Source: Eledone cirrhosa (lineage: Eukaryota). From it: a DNA stretch of 64,000 bases. Positions 1 through 15,454 of this stretch are shown here, in pieces (within the stretch, counting starts at the first letter, position 1; each line of letters starts with the position of its first letter). The notes under the pieces are model-generated. The model had not been told where the DNA came from and searched no databases. It saw only the letters and a program-made list of their open reading frames with translations. The stretch covers positions 208,010,001 through 208,074,000 of the forward strand of contig OZ024743.1 of the NCBI GenBank assembly GCA_964016885.1. Direction: 5' to 3'. A program made the position numbers and the translations under genes.

Positions 1-230
1 GTGGTAGAGAATGTAAATCAGCAGGAGGGCTCAAGCGACATGCAAAAGTACACGAACTCCAACCACAGCCGACTATTCCCAGTGAATATTTTGGTTGCCG
101 ACTCTGTGCAAGACATTTTAGATCATTGGCTGGGCTAAAAAGCCACATTCGATCGCAGCGCTGTTAGTTGCTATCGTGTGTGTGTGTAGATATGCTTATG
201 TGTGTGCGTGTGTGTGTATATATATATGTA
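1..230 (+). mobile_element. 3' end of an RTE LINE (C2H2-finger family): last zinc-finger codons, stop at 165-167 and start of 3' UTR
   Basis: Near-identical to 38044-38290 of the intact RTE; the rest of its 3' UTR resumes at 3951-4181. Confidence 0.9.
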
Positions 231-3200
231 TCCTTCCCCTACGAGAAGTAAGGTAAGTGGTCTTTCCCATCTTTTCCACTCCTTTTCAACATGACCTCAC
301 TCAGAATAGGCAGCATAAATGCGCGTGGCTTGGGGTCGTCATGGAAGCAGGGCCACCTGCTCAACGACCTCAGGTCACTAAACATAGATGTAGTGGCCAT
401 CAGCGAGACCAGAATCTCCGAAGCACGGGCCTTCGCACCGATCTTCGGCGGCTACGATGTGTACGCATCTCCCAGCCGTCCGGGATCGGGGGGGGAGGAG
501 TTGCTGTGCTTTTTTGGAGAGGTTTGGATCTTGCCATACGGGCCATCTTCCTGGACCCAGAAGGTAAGTTGGTGGTGCTGGACATGACCAGCGGAGAAGG
601 GCAAGCTTTCAGGTTAGTGGCCGTCTATGCCCCGACAGGAGCAGGGCGGCCTGATTTCTTCCGGCGTCTGGAGACCTTTCTTGGAACGTCCCGCTCTTTA
701 GTGTTAGTGGGCGACTGGAACGGGATCTTAGATGCATGCTGGGACTGTGTGGGATTAGTGGATAGGGAAGGAGGATGCAAGAGTCTCACCAACCTGCTCA
801 GGCGTTTTGAACTGTCTGACAGGTACCGAATGGATTTCCCGAATGTACCAATGTGGACTTGGACAAATCACATAGGGTCCTCCAGATCATATCTAGATAG
901 AGTATTTTGTAGGGAAATAGATAGGTCTAGCATAGGCTGTCCACAATTCAAGATAGTCAGCTACACGGACCACAATTTCGTGATCTGTGTGCTTGACTTA
1001 GATAGGCTTCATAGACGAGGACCCGGCTACTGGAAGATAAACGCGTCCTTACCAGCGCACAAGGCCTACAGAGACCGGATTAGCGAACTAGTTAAGCGGG
1101 CGTTGACGGGGGCCATCGTCAACAAGTGGTGGTTTGCTCTGAAAAGAGCAATTAGAATAGAGTCCATTAGGTTTAGTAAGGCTTTAGCAATAGAGAAAAA
1201 TAGAGCAGAGGGAGAACTAGTTAGAAAATTAGACGAGGTGCTTAGCAAAGGCATCGCGACCGACGTACTTGCGGCGAAATTGGCCCTTGACCAATTTTTC
1301 AATGCAAAGCACGAAGGCTGTGTTGTCAGAGCTAGGGTGCGTGCTCTCAGACACGAGGGGACGAAAGCCATTCAATGGGCCCGAGTGGCGGAGGCGCGTC
1401 GTGGCAATAAAGCCACGATCCAGTCTTTGGTGGACCACGACGGGTGCATGCTACTCGATCCCGGGCAAATGTGTGAAGCTTTTCAGTGACACTTCGCTCA
1501 ACTGTTCGGGGGCAGTGGCGGGCCGGATCGAGGGATGGACTTTAGTGTCTACCTCGACGGACTGCCGTGGCTTTCGGCCACTGAGGCGGAGTGTTGCGAA
1601 AAGCCGATAACAACCGCTGAAGTACGGGAGGCAATGACTGGCTGCACAAGGGGTAAATCGCCTGGTTTAGATGGTCTGCCCTATGAACTTTACGTACAGA
1701 TGCCAGACTTGTTCGGAGGCCTCTTGGCGGACGTCTACTGCAACTGGCAACAGAACGGGAGAATTCCTAGCTCTGTGAGCCGAGGAGCGGTGGCGCTGCT
1801 GAGAAAGGATCCGAACAAGGGGGATAACATAGATAATTTTAGGCCCATAACTCTGCTAAACACAGAGTTCAAGATTTTGGCCAAGGTGCTAGCAAAGAGG
1901 ATGGCGCTTGTCGGTGGTCTGGTGGGAGAGGCACAGACATGCGCCATTCCCGACAGATCCATCCACGACAACCTCCACCTCATGCAATACATCGTAGAGA
2001 GGGTAGCTAGGGAACCTGGCACGGGTGGGTCTTTGATCAATTTAGATCAATCGAAAGCCTTCGATAGGGTCGACCATCGTTACCTAGCGGCAGTCCTGAG
2101 GGCGGCTGGCTTTGGGCCCATCTTCAGAGGCTGGATCGCTGCCATGCACAGCGACATCTGCTCTGTAGTGAGAGTGAACGGTCACCTTTCGGAACCGTTC
2201 AACATCATGCGCTCGGTCCGCCAAGGATGTCCCCTCTCGTCCCTATTGTACGTATTGACTCTCGAGCCATTACTGCACAAACTGGAGACGTTGAGGGGGC
2301 TCCCGCGCTAACTAGGATGCGGAAGATCCATGTCAGCATATGCGGACGATGTCACCGTAGTGGTGTCGAACGCCAAACACATCGAGGCGATCGGCACTAC
2401 ACTAAGAGAATACGAAGCGGTGACAGGAGCAATGATCAACCAGGAAAAGTCAGTGGGCCTGCAGCTCGGCACCTGGAGAGGCAGGTCCATGCCATCCAAC
2501 AGCGTCGTCGGGCGCTGGACGGATGGACCGGTTAAATTGCTAGGGGTCTGGTTCGGTCCAGACCTCCAGACGGACAAAAACTGGGACGAGGTGACGAGCA
2601 GGGTGGCTTCTCTCACCCAGTAATGGGCCGAGAGGAAGCTATCCCTGAAAGGTCGAGCGGAGGTGGCTAACGCGTACATCACGTCCGTCATCTACTACTG
2701 CCTGACCGTCGTACCTTGTCCTAAGCCCCGCCTGACTGCGCTGGAGCGTTTGCTCTTTCACTTCTTGTGGAAGGGACGCGCTCCGATGGTCAGGTGGTCC
2801 ATCTGCTGTCAACACCCGCTACGTGGAGGGCTGGGCATGCCGTGGCTGATGATGCGCAGACACGCGCTCAGGCTATGACATCTCCATCTCTTCCTCGACG
2901 GTGATCAGGTGTGGTCGCCGTTTGCTAGACACGTCTTTCCCCAGCTCGTCTCCTTGACGGAGCTGCAGTCCTGGGTCAAGCGAAGACCGAGAGGGAGCGC
3001 TTGGAGACTGGAATGTCTTCAGGCGCTCACAGCCCTCGACCAATCGGGCAATGTGATCGGTGGAAACTCCACCTTGGCGTTCTATAGGGGATTAGTGGAG
3101 GGTAAGAGCGACGACGTACTTGGAGAAACTCTAGGCATCGACGAAAATCAACTAGCCAATCTCTTCGGAAGGACTTTCGGGCCGGGGCCTATGGACAACT

Positions 3201-3950
3201 TCCAGAAATCCCTGGCCTGGCAGTGCTACCGGGGTGCTTTGCCAGTTCGGGATAAACTCTACAGGCATGGAGGTGCTGTCAGCCGGGCATGTCCGAGATG
3301 CGCACAGGGCGACGAAACCATCCTGCACGCACTCGTCCAGTGTCCGAGCATTGCTGACTTGTGGGTTTATGTCGAACACCTGCTGTCACGTGTAGGACGG
3401 ATCCAGCTATCAGCTGAGTCCATCGTGAGGATTGCCCCGCCCTCTTCCTTTAGCCGGGAAGGGCAGGCAGTTTTTATCTGTCTGGTGGCCATGGCGAAAG
3501 AGATAGTATGGTGGACACGTTTGAAAGGGCTGAAGACGAGCACTTACCTCTTCGGTGATGCCCTGATTAACTTTTTCAAATTTCATTTGAAAAGGAAAAT
3601 CAGGGTAGAGAGGGAAGTGCTCTTTTCCCAGCATTTTGTTGAAAGATGGGTGAGAGAAGCAAGTATGGCCCGAATGAATGGGCCTTCTCTGAGTATGTGT
3701 CTGTAAATTAAAGGTGGAAAACTGGGAGAGGGCACTTGCCCTGATGGTCAGGGTCACTGTGGTCTTTTAATGGGCTTTCTCCACAAATGTCCCTCGGAAG
3801 TCTCCCCCTATTGGGGAATTTTTCTTTGTTATTTTATTACATCCTCTGTTTTTTTTACACGCAGAAATGCCCATTTGTACCGTCCTGTATTGTCCTGTAC
3901 TGTCCTTAATGTCTACTTTATGTAAACACTTGTGGTTAATAAAGAAAACA
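231..3950 (+). mobile_element. Tx1-clade L1-like non-LTR retrotransposon, 5'-truncated just upstream of ORF2
   Basis: APE-RT-zinc knuckle ORF2 remnant, T-rich 3' UTR, AATAAA at 3938-3943 then short A-rich tail. Confidence 0.9.
291..3706 (+). pseudogene. Disrupted Tx1 ORF2 (AP endonuclease, reverse transcriptase, zf-RVT)
   Basis: MTSLRIGSINARGL, VYAP, GDWN, SYLD, YTDH; KSPGLDG, FRPITLLN, DQSKAFDRV, RQGCPLS, YADD; CPRC..ETILHALVQC. Frameshift in the poly-G near 490, stops at 1487, 2309, 2621, 2876. Confidence 0.9.
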
Positions 3951-3977
3951 TTATTGTTGTTGTCGTTATTATTATTG

Positions 3978-4009
<32 letters not shown>

Positions 4010-4181
4010 GTTATTAATGTATGTGTGTGTATATGTGTGTGAGTGTGTGTGCATATATGTGTATGTATATGTATACATATATATATATATATTTCTTTTT
4101 ATTTTACTTTTATTTATTATTATTATTTTTTTTTTTTCTTCTCGTGCAATGGCCATACTCGATAACGAGGGGGCAGCCATC
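3951..4181 (+). mobile_element. Remainder of the RTE-C2H2 3' UTR and terminal motif
   Basis: ttattgttgttgtcgttatt...gtgcaatggccatactcgataacgagggggcagccatc matches 38301-38474. Confidence 0.85.
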
Positions 4182-4229
<48 letters not shown>

Positions 4230-4305
4230 GTATATATATATGTATATATATATGTATATATATGTATATAATATAAGATCAAAAGATGGTTAAAGGAGTT
4301 CAATA

Positions 4306-4373
4306 TATTTTATTATGCGCATTTCAAAAACAAACATCATCAAACAATATTTGTGTTTTCATCAGATAAAACA
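4306..4373 (-). ncRNA. Minimal type I hammerhead ribozyme (inverted copy, 3-nt deletion in stem II)
   Basis: Reverse complement of the 4464-4534 motif; core and stems I and III intact. Confidence 0.7.
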
Positions 4374-4463
4374 GGAGAACATGATATGAAGGCTAAAAAA
4401 AAATGTTGATTTAAAACTGCACTATCAACAAGTGTTTTTTTTAGCCTTCATATCATGTTCTCC

Positions 4464-4534
4464 TGTTTTATCTGATGAAAACACAAATATTATTGTTTGA
4501 TGATGTTTGTTTTTGAAATGCGCATAATAAAATA
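4464..4534 (+). ncRNA. Minimal type I hammerhead ribozyme
   Basis: tgttttat-CTGATGA-stem II (acaaatattatt/gatgatgtttgt)-GAAA-TGCGCA-TA-ataaaata; 8-bp stem I, palindromic stem III, AUA triplet. Confidence 0.8.
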
Positions 4535-4722
4535 TATTGAACTCCTTTAACCATCTTTTGATCTTATATTATGCATACTCCAGTCCCACAAACTGTAGAG
4601 TGCTTCTTATCCGATATCTGCATTGCTTTATTGTACTACAATAAAACTCACCTCCTACATATATGTATATATGTATATGTATATATATGTATATATGTAT
4701 ATGTATATATATATGTATGTAT

Positions 4723-5118
4723 CATCATCATCATCAACGTTTAACGTCCGTGTTCCACGCTTGCATGGGTTTGGACGGGGGTAGTCCCACTTGAGGCAAG
4801 AGTGATTGTCTTGCTCGCATAGGACTGTCTGGCAGGTTTTCTACAGTTGGATGCCCTTCCTAACACCAACCACATTTACAGTGTGGGTCTGGGAGGTTTT
4901 TACCGTGTTGCCTACACGGCCACATTACAGCGTGGACCGTGTGTTTTTTTGTCGTGACACCTACACGATCCCATTTGTTTCGGCCTGGATGGTGTGGCAC
5001 CAACACAACTTTACATAAAACGGGGTGGCGTGGATGGGGTGGGTATTTTGTTAGAGATGCCTACTGGTTGTAGTAGGTTTTACTATGTATTTAGGTAAGG
5101 CGGGTCTTCTCTGCTACT
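4723..5118 (-). mobile_element. 3' UTR and tail of an RTE (PHD-insert family)
   Basis: Matches 24308-24665 and the reverse complement of 32070-32470; (GAT)n tail. Confidence 0.85.
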
Positions 5119-8727
<3,609 letters not shown>

Positions 8728-8881
8728 TTTCGTTTCTGAATTTGTTTAGCAAGATTCTTTATCTGAAATCGTGTGTTGAAACCGATATTGTTATACTTTG
8801 GGAGGGTCATGTTGCCAATAAGAAACACACGCACCAGTGGTGCGTGTGTTTCTTATTGGCAACATGACCCTCCCAAAGTAT

Positions 8882-8889
<8 letters not shown>
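8728..8889. mobile_element. Penelope-like terminal fragment forming a perfect palindrome (52-bp arms, 1-nt spacer at 8837)
   Basis: 8785-8836 is the reverse complement of 8838-8889; similar to the PLE terminus at 15455-15570. Confidence 0.75.
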
Positions 8890-8927
<38 letters not shown>

Positions 8928-9000
8928 GTATATATATATGTATATATATATGTATATATATATGTATATATATATGTATATATATATGTATATATATATG

Positions 9001-9030
<30 letters not shown>

Positions 9031-9031
<1 letters not shown>

Positions 9032-10132
9032 GTAGGAGGTGAGTTTTATTGTAGTACAATAATCTCAATTTCATCCTTAATTTATTATTATATATTTTTT
9101 TTAATATATACTCATATATTCTTTAAAGTATACCCATCTACCTTACTTTAAAGGGCATTATACACTCTATAATACCCGTTTACTCATCACCCTCATTATA
9201 TCTCCTCGTAAAACAATAACATTTGTTTTTGACATTTTGAGTATTCATCCGCAATCATTATTATTTTTTCTCTCTATCATAAATCTTTTTAATCTCAATT
9301 TCATCCTTAATTTATTATTATTTTTTTCTCCCCATCAACGAACTCATTATTAATACATATGAATTCAATATAAAAACTTTAACTTCACATTATTTTTCTC
9401 AAATCCTACACATAAACTTTTTCTCTTTGCTAATTTTAAAATTCCTACATTTCTCCTTTTGACGTTTGAATATTCACCCACAATTATTATTTTTTCTCTC
9501 TATCTCCATACATAATTTCCCTTCGTTAATTTTCAAATTCCTTTAATTTATACATTATCTTCCAACGGTTCCCAACCTCTCTATATTAAAACATTATCTT
9601 TTTCTCAGTTATAAAAACTATCTCTTTCTCTCTATCACCCATCTCTCCCTTTCCACCTTCACTCTCATCTCCTCCCCCTTTTTTTCATCTTTTCCACCCC
9701 CACCCCTCCCTAAATATAATATATTTTTTCCTCGCACATATCCTCCCTTCGTTAATTTTCAAAATTTTTAATTTATACAGTATCTTCCAACGGTTTTCAA
9801 CCCCTCTATATAAAATATATCTCCTCTCTGTTATAAAAACTATCTCTTTCTCTCTATCACCCATCTCTCCCTCTCATCTCCTTCCCTTTTCATCCTTTTC
9901 TCTCCCCCCTCTCTAAATAAAATATTTTTCCCAATATCACACATCAATCTAAAACCACTTTTCATATGTTGATTTAAAACTGCACTATCAACAAGTGTTT
10001 TTTTAGCCTTCATATCATGTTCTCCTGTTTTATCTGATGAAAACACAAATATTATTGTTTGATGATGTTTGTTTTTGAAATGCGCATAATAAAATATATT
10101 GAACTCCTTTAACCATCTTTTGATCTTATATT
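9031..10132 (+). mobile_element. Longer copy of the 4268-4660 PLE-like family with inverted 3' end at its 5' side and internal duplications
   Basis: 9031-9061 is the reverse complement of about 4629-4659; 9967-10132 matches 4404-4572; about 9519-9660 duplicated at about 9746-9880. Confidence 0.65.
10026..10096 (+). ncRNA. Minimal type I hammerhead ribozyme
   Basis: Identical to 4464-4534. Confidence 0.8.
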
Positions 10133-11506
<1,374 letters not shown>

Positions 11507-11745
11507 TAAGCAAAAGGGATATTTAATTTGTTGGTAATTCAACAAATCTAATTGTTTATAACTGATTCAAAGCACTCGACAAGTTTTCTGGAGTATAATA
11601 TTCAATGATATTAAATAAATATGTCAATATTTACAAATCAAACTTTGTATTTTATTTGATGAGAGCATACCAAAGTGTTGGTAGCCTTGAAATATATATA
11701 ATAGAATAAATATGGTTTTATAGATATAGTTTCCATTTATTTAAT
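11507..11745 (+). mobile_element. PLE-like terminal remnant (second family) with inverted 5' part and hammerhead-like motif
   Basis: 11507-11620 resembles the reverse complement of 26303-26405; 11688-11745 matches 26256-26315. Confidence 0.6.
11648..11708 (+). ncRNA. Hammerhead-like motif with C3-to-U core change
   Basis: tattttat-TTGATGA-stem II (taccaa/ttggta)-GAAA-TATATA-TA-atagaata. Confidence 0.55.
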
Positions 11746-11870
11746 ATATATATATATACATATAGACCATGATATGTGTTATAATATTATAATATATATA
11801 TATATATATATATGTGTTATAACATTATAATATATATATATGTGTTATAATATTATAATATATATATAAA

Positions 11871-12770
11871 GAGAGAAGAAATTCCAAACCTGAAAGAATG
11901 GCCTAGAATCAAAAGGTCTTAAAATCAACTTGGCAAAAGCCTAAATTCCTAGTATGTAGAAAGGGAAACAGGGCCCAGATCCCCTCAGGAAAAAGGCCTT
12001 GCTCAGTGTGCAGGAAAGGAGTAGGTAGAAATTCCATCCTATGTTCCAAATGCAAACTATGGGTACACAAGAGGTGTAGTGGGATCTCAGACAGGCTAGC
12101 AAAGAATGTAGACTTTGTAAAGGAGCAGTAAGGAGAAAGAGTTCATAGGAAACAAGCTCCTGTAAATGCCCAGAGGGCTCTGTAGAAGTAGTTGATAGTG
12201 TTTGTTACATAAGAGATCAAATTAGCAGTGGAGGTGAGTGTTCTGAAAGTATAGTAGCTAGAGTGAGAATGAGATGGAAAATGTTAAGGGAGCGTCTTCT
12301 ACTGTTAGCTATAAAAGGATTTTTTCCTCAAAATGAAAGGCAGATTGTATGAAGTTTATGTAGAAACAGCAATGTTGCATGGTAGTGAGGCCTGAGCTAT
12401 ATGTGCAGAGGACCTTCAAAGATTAGAAAGAAATACAGCTTACATGCTCTGATGGATGTGGAACAGTAGTGTGCATGAATGACAAAGCACCAGTGAACCG
12501 AAAGAGAAACTGGGCATCAGAGGGGTCAGATGCAGTGTACAAGAGAAGAGATTGTGATGGTTTGGACATGTGATGTATATGGAGGGTGATAGCTGTATAA
12601 AAGGGTGTAGGACACTCAAAGTCTATGGTAACTATGGAAGAGGAAGACATTGGAAAGCTTGGGGGTGAAGTGATAAAAGCTGACCTTACCTAATTAAACC
12701 TCACAAAGGAGTTGACACAGGATCAAGATCCTTGGCATCGGACTGTACTGCAGAAGACCTGGGAGTAAGT
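11871..12770 (+). mobile_element. Degenerate 5'-truncated RTE (PHD-insert family)
   Basis: Alignable by eye to 31190-32090; multiple stops and indels. Confidence 0.8.
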
Positions 12771-12844
12771 CTGGACTGTAGGAAGGATGAGGGACTGTCT
12801 TGATCCCCCATATCTTCCAAGTAGTTGGTCACCAGAGTTTCCTC

Positions 12845-13025
12845 CTCAAATTCATCATTATCAGTATTGATTTTGTTATCATCAAACTCAAATTTGTCAT
12901 TGTCAACTTCAGTTTTGTCATGATCAATCACAAATTTGACATCATCAACTTCAATTTCATCATCTAAAATCTCAATTTTGTTATTATCCACTTTAATGTC
13001 ATCTTTGTCAATTTCATTTTACTGA
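12845..13025. repeat. Degenerate about 21-bp minisatellite
   Basis: Recurrent ttgtcatc..tcaa units; the - strand reads as 7-aa acidic repeats. Confidence 0.45.
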
Positions 13026-13327
13026 AGGATGGAATAGATTTTTTTATTCTGAAGATTGAGGCATTAACATTTGTACCACTTATTGTAGAACTGTAGAAGA
13101 ATGTAAACATGGGAACATTTGTCTGAGAATTACAAGTTTTGTATAAAGAAATTGTTACACCATCACCATAAATATACATATATTTATAACTTCACACTGT
13201 ATAGAACATGATAAACACAAAAATAAGTGATGTTACTTTAACTTGTTATTCATTGTTCACATTTCTTTCTCTAAGGTCTCAAATAGTCATCACCCTCCTG
13301 TTTATTCATTTTTCATATATATATATA

Positions 13328-13715
13328 GGAGGCACATGGCTTAGTGGTTAGAGCATTGGGCTTGCAATCGAAAGGTTGTGAGTTCAATTCTCAGACCGGG
13401 TGATGTGTTGTTTCCTTGAGCAAGACACTTTATTTCACATTGCTCCAGTTTACTCAGCTGTAGAAATGAGATGATAGGACTGGGATCCCTATCATTCCAC
13501 TGCAAAGTGGTCATGGAGGTGCCACGGCAAAAAAGCACCCAGTGCACACTGTAAAGTGGACGTGTAGGCGCCACGGAAAAAAAAAAAGCACCCAGCACTC
13601 ACTGAAAAAGAGGTTGGCGTTAGGAAGGGCATCCAGCTGTAGAAATCAAGCCAGAATCAGTTCCTGTCCCACCCTTGCAAGCAGGGAAAAGCGGATGTAA
13701 AATGATGATGATGAT
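13328..13715 (+). mobile_element. tRNA-derived SINE with RTE-derived 3' tail
   Basis: A box TGGCTTAGTGG, B box GAGTTCAATTC, core ccttgagcaagacactt; tail gtcccacccttgcaagcagggaaaagc..gtaaaatgatgatgat shared with RTE 42579-42633. Confidence 0.85.
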
Positions 13716-14584
13716 ATATATATATATATATTTATTATTATTATTATCATCATCATTGTTTTAACATCCACTTTCTCTGCTAACAAGGGTTTGCTGGGTC
13801 TACATAGACCAAGGCAGTACTAAAACGAATACACAGGGGAGGTTGTCATGTCTTCGACACAACTAAGGCTCTTCCCAACCCTTTATTTAGCAGGGTGCCA
13901 TTGGGGTCGATAAAATAAAGCATCAGTAATGCACTGGGATAATTGCTGGCCTTGTGCCAAAAGTAGAAACAATTATTTTAGTATATGTTGGTGTGATAGG
14001 TCAGTCATAAACTAGTTTTGATTTTCATTAAAACTAAACCAAATATTAAATACATCAATATTTTTTCTTGTTTTTATTTCATTTTTATTTAATTAAATTG
14101 ACCTCCATTGGGTCATTGGTAAGAACTTTGGTGAAACTCCTTTACTTTTCAGCTCTTCTTGAAAACTCTTCAATTTGAAGGAAATCACTCCCCTCTCTCT
14201 GCCACATTCATCATCCTCATCACCACCCCATCATAAACATTGTCTTCACGTCAATGATGATGATACGCTTGCTAGAAGGAAGGATGACCCTCAAACAATG
14301 ATGTTGCTGATGATGGTAGTGTCACTGTCTCATAGACTAGATATCTCTCCAATGCTTGATATATATATTGCATAAATGAACATTTTTTCTTGCATAAATC
14401 AAATTCTTGACAGAAATAGTGCTATGATGGTTATTTTCATGTATCAAACTCCCTATTAAAATGAGGTCTTCCTGTACCTCTGCTGCCACTGCTGTTATTT
14501 ATGAGACTGTGTGAAAATGGTAATAAACAAAATATCACAATTCACATCAGAATTTATCATTGGATATAAATTTACAACTTCCTG

Positions 14585-14612
<28 letters not shown>

Positions 14613-14619
<7 letters not shown>

Positions 14620-15260
14620 AAACAAATGAAACAAAATTTCATTTCTCACTTTTAGTACGGATGTTACTTAAATATAAGTATGTATACGTACATACATATA
14701 TGTTTGTTTACAAACATACCGGGCATTATAATAAATGTTCGATAAATCCATACGTACATATATATATATGTGCATGTATGTATATATATACATACTACTG
14801 TACGTCTGTATACATATATGTATGTACGTATACATACTTATATTTAAGTAACAGCCATACTAAGAGTGAGAAATGAAATTTTGTTTCATTTTTTCCATTT
14901 ATCGTTTTCGGTGCGCCCGGCCGATTAACTCACTCGATATGCAAATTAGGCTGCTCAGCCGTTAATATGCATAAGGAAAGGGTATACTTTCAGACATTCA
15001 ATCATCTGGCAGGAAGGTATACGGTGCTGACGATAGTTAATAAGCTTGAAACTAGTACATCGTTCCTTTGTCAGTGTTGAACAAAAGGGCAACGATGGTT
15101 GCTAAACACTGTACGGCTTAATTTGGGATGTTTGTTTACGAACAAACCGAGCATTATAATAAATGTTCAGTGAATCCATACGTACATATATATGTGTGCA
15201 TGTATGTGTATATATACATACTATTCTATGTATACATATATGTATGTACGTATACATATA
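14613..15260 (+). mobile_element. Non-coding hammerhead element: 428-bp partial tandem unit with inverted 5' segment (retrozyme/PLE-like)
   Basis: 14701.. recurs at 15129..; 14613-14700 is the inverse of about 14813-14899; flanked by (TA)n. Confidence 0.7.
15021..15063 (+). ncRNA. Minimal type I hammerhead ribozyme
   Basis: acggtg-CTGACGA-tagttaataagctt-GAAA-CTAG-TA-catcgt; 6-bp stem I, GUA triplet, weak stem II with a T-T closing mismatch. Confidence 0.75.
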
Positions 15261-15298
15261 TATATACATATGTATGTATATATATATACATATGTATG

Positions 15299-15331
<33 letters not shown>

Positions 15332-15454
15332 TTGTATGTATATATATTTGTGTGGTTAATTATGCTGATTGGGAATAGAGATGATGTATATATATTATCA
15401 ATTTATTCTCTGGACATGTTTTACTCTAGTATATATATATATGTATGTATATAT

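Larger units (their letters stand above)
4268..4660 (+). mobile_element. Non-coding Penelope-like terminal-repeat remnant with inverted 5' segment
   Basis: Inverted repeat 4268-4402 / 4435-4572, each arm holding a hammerhead motif; flanked by (TA)n; same family at 9031-10132. Confidence 0.7.

Noticed and set aside
12701-12991. Acidic 96-aa ORF on the - strand
   Set aside because: Explained by a degenerate 21-bp repeat running into an RTE remnant; no domain or splice support
13328-13402. tRNA gene
   Set aside because: A and B boxes present but no cloverleaf; continues into SINE body and tail
14090-14500. Possible host exon on the - strand
   Set aside because: Only short open stretches, weak splice signals and no recognisable protein
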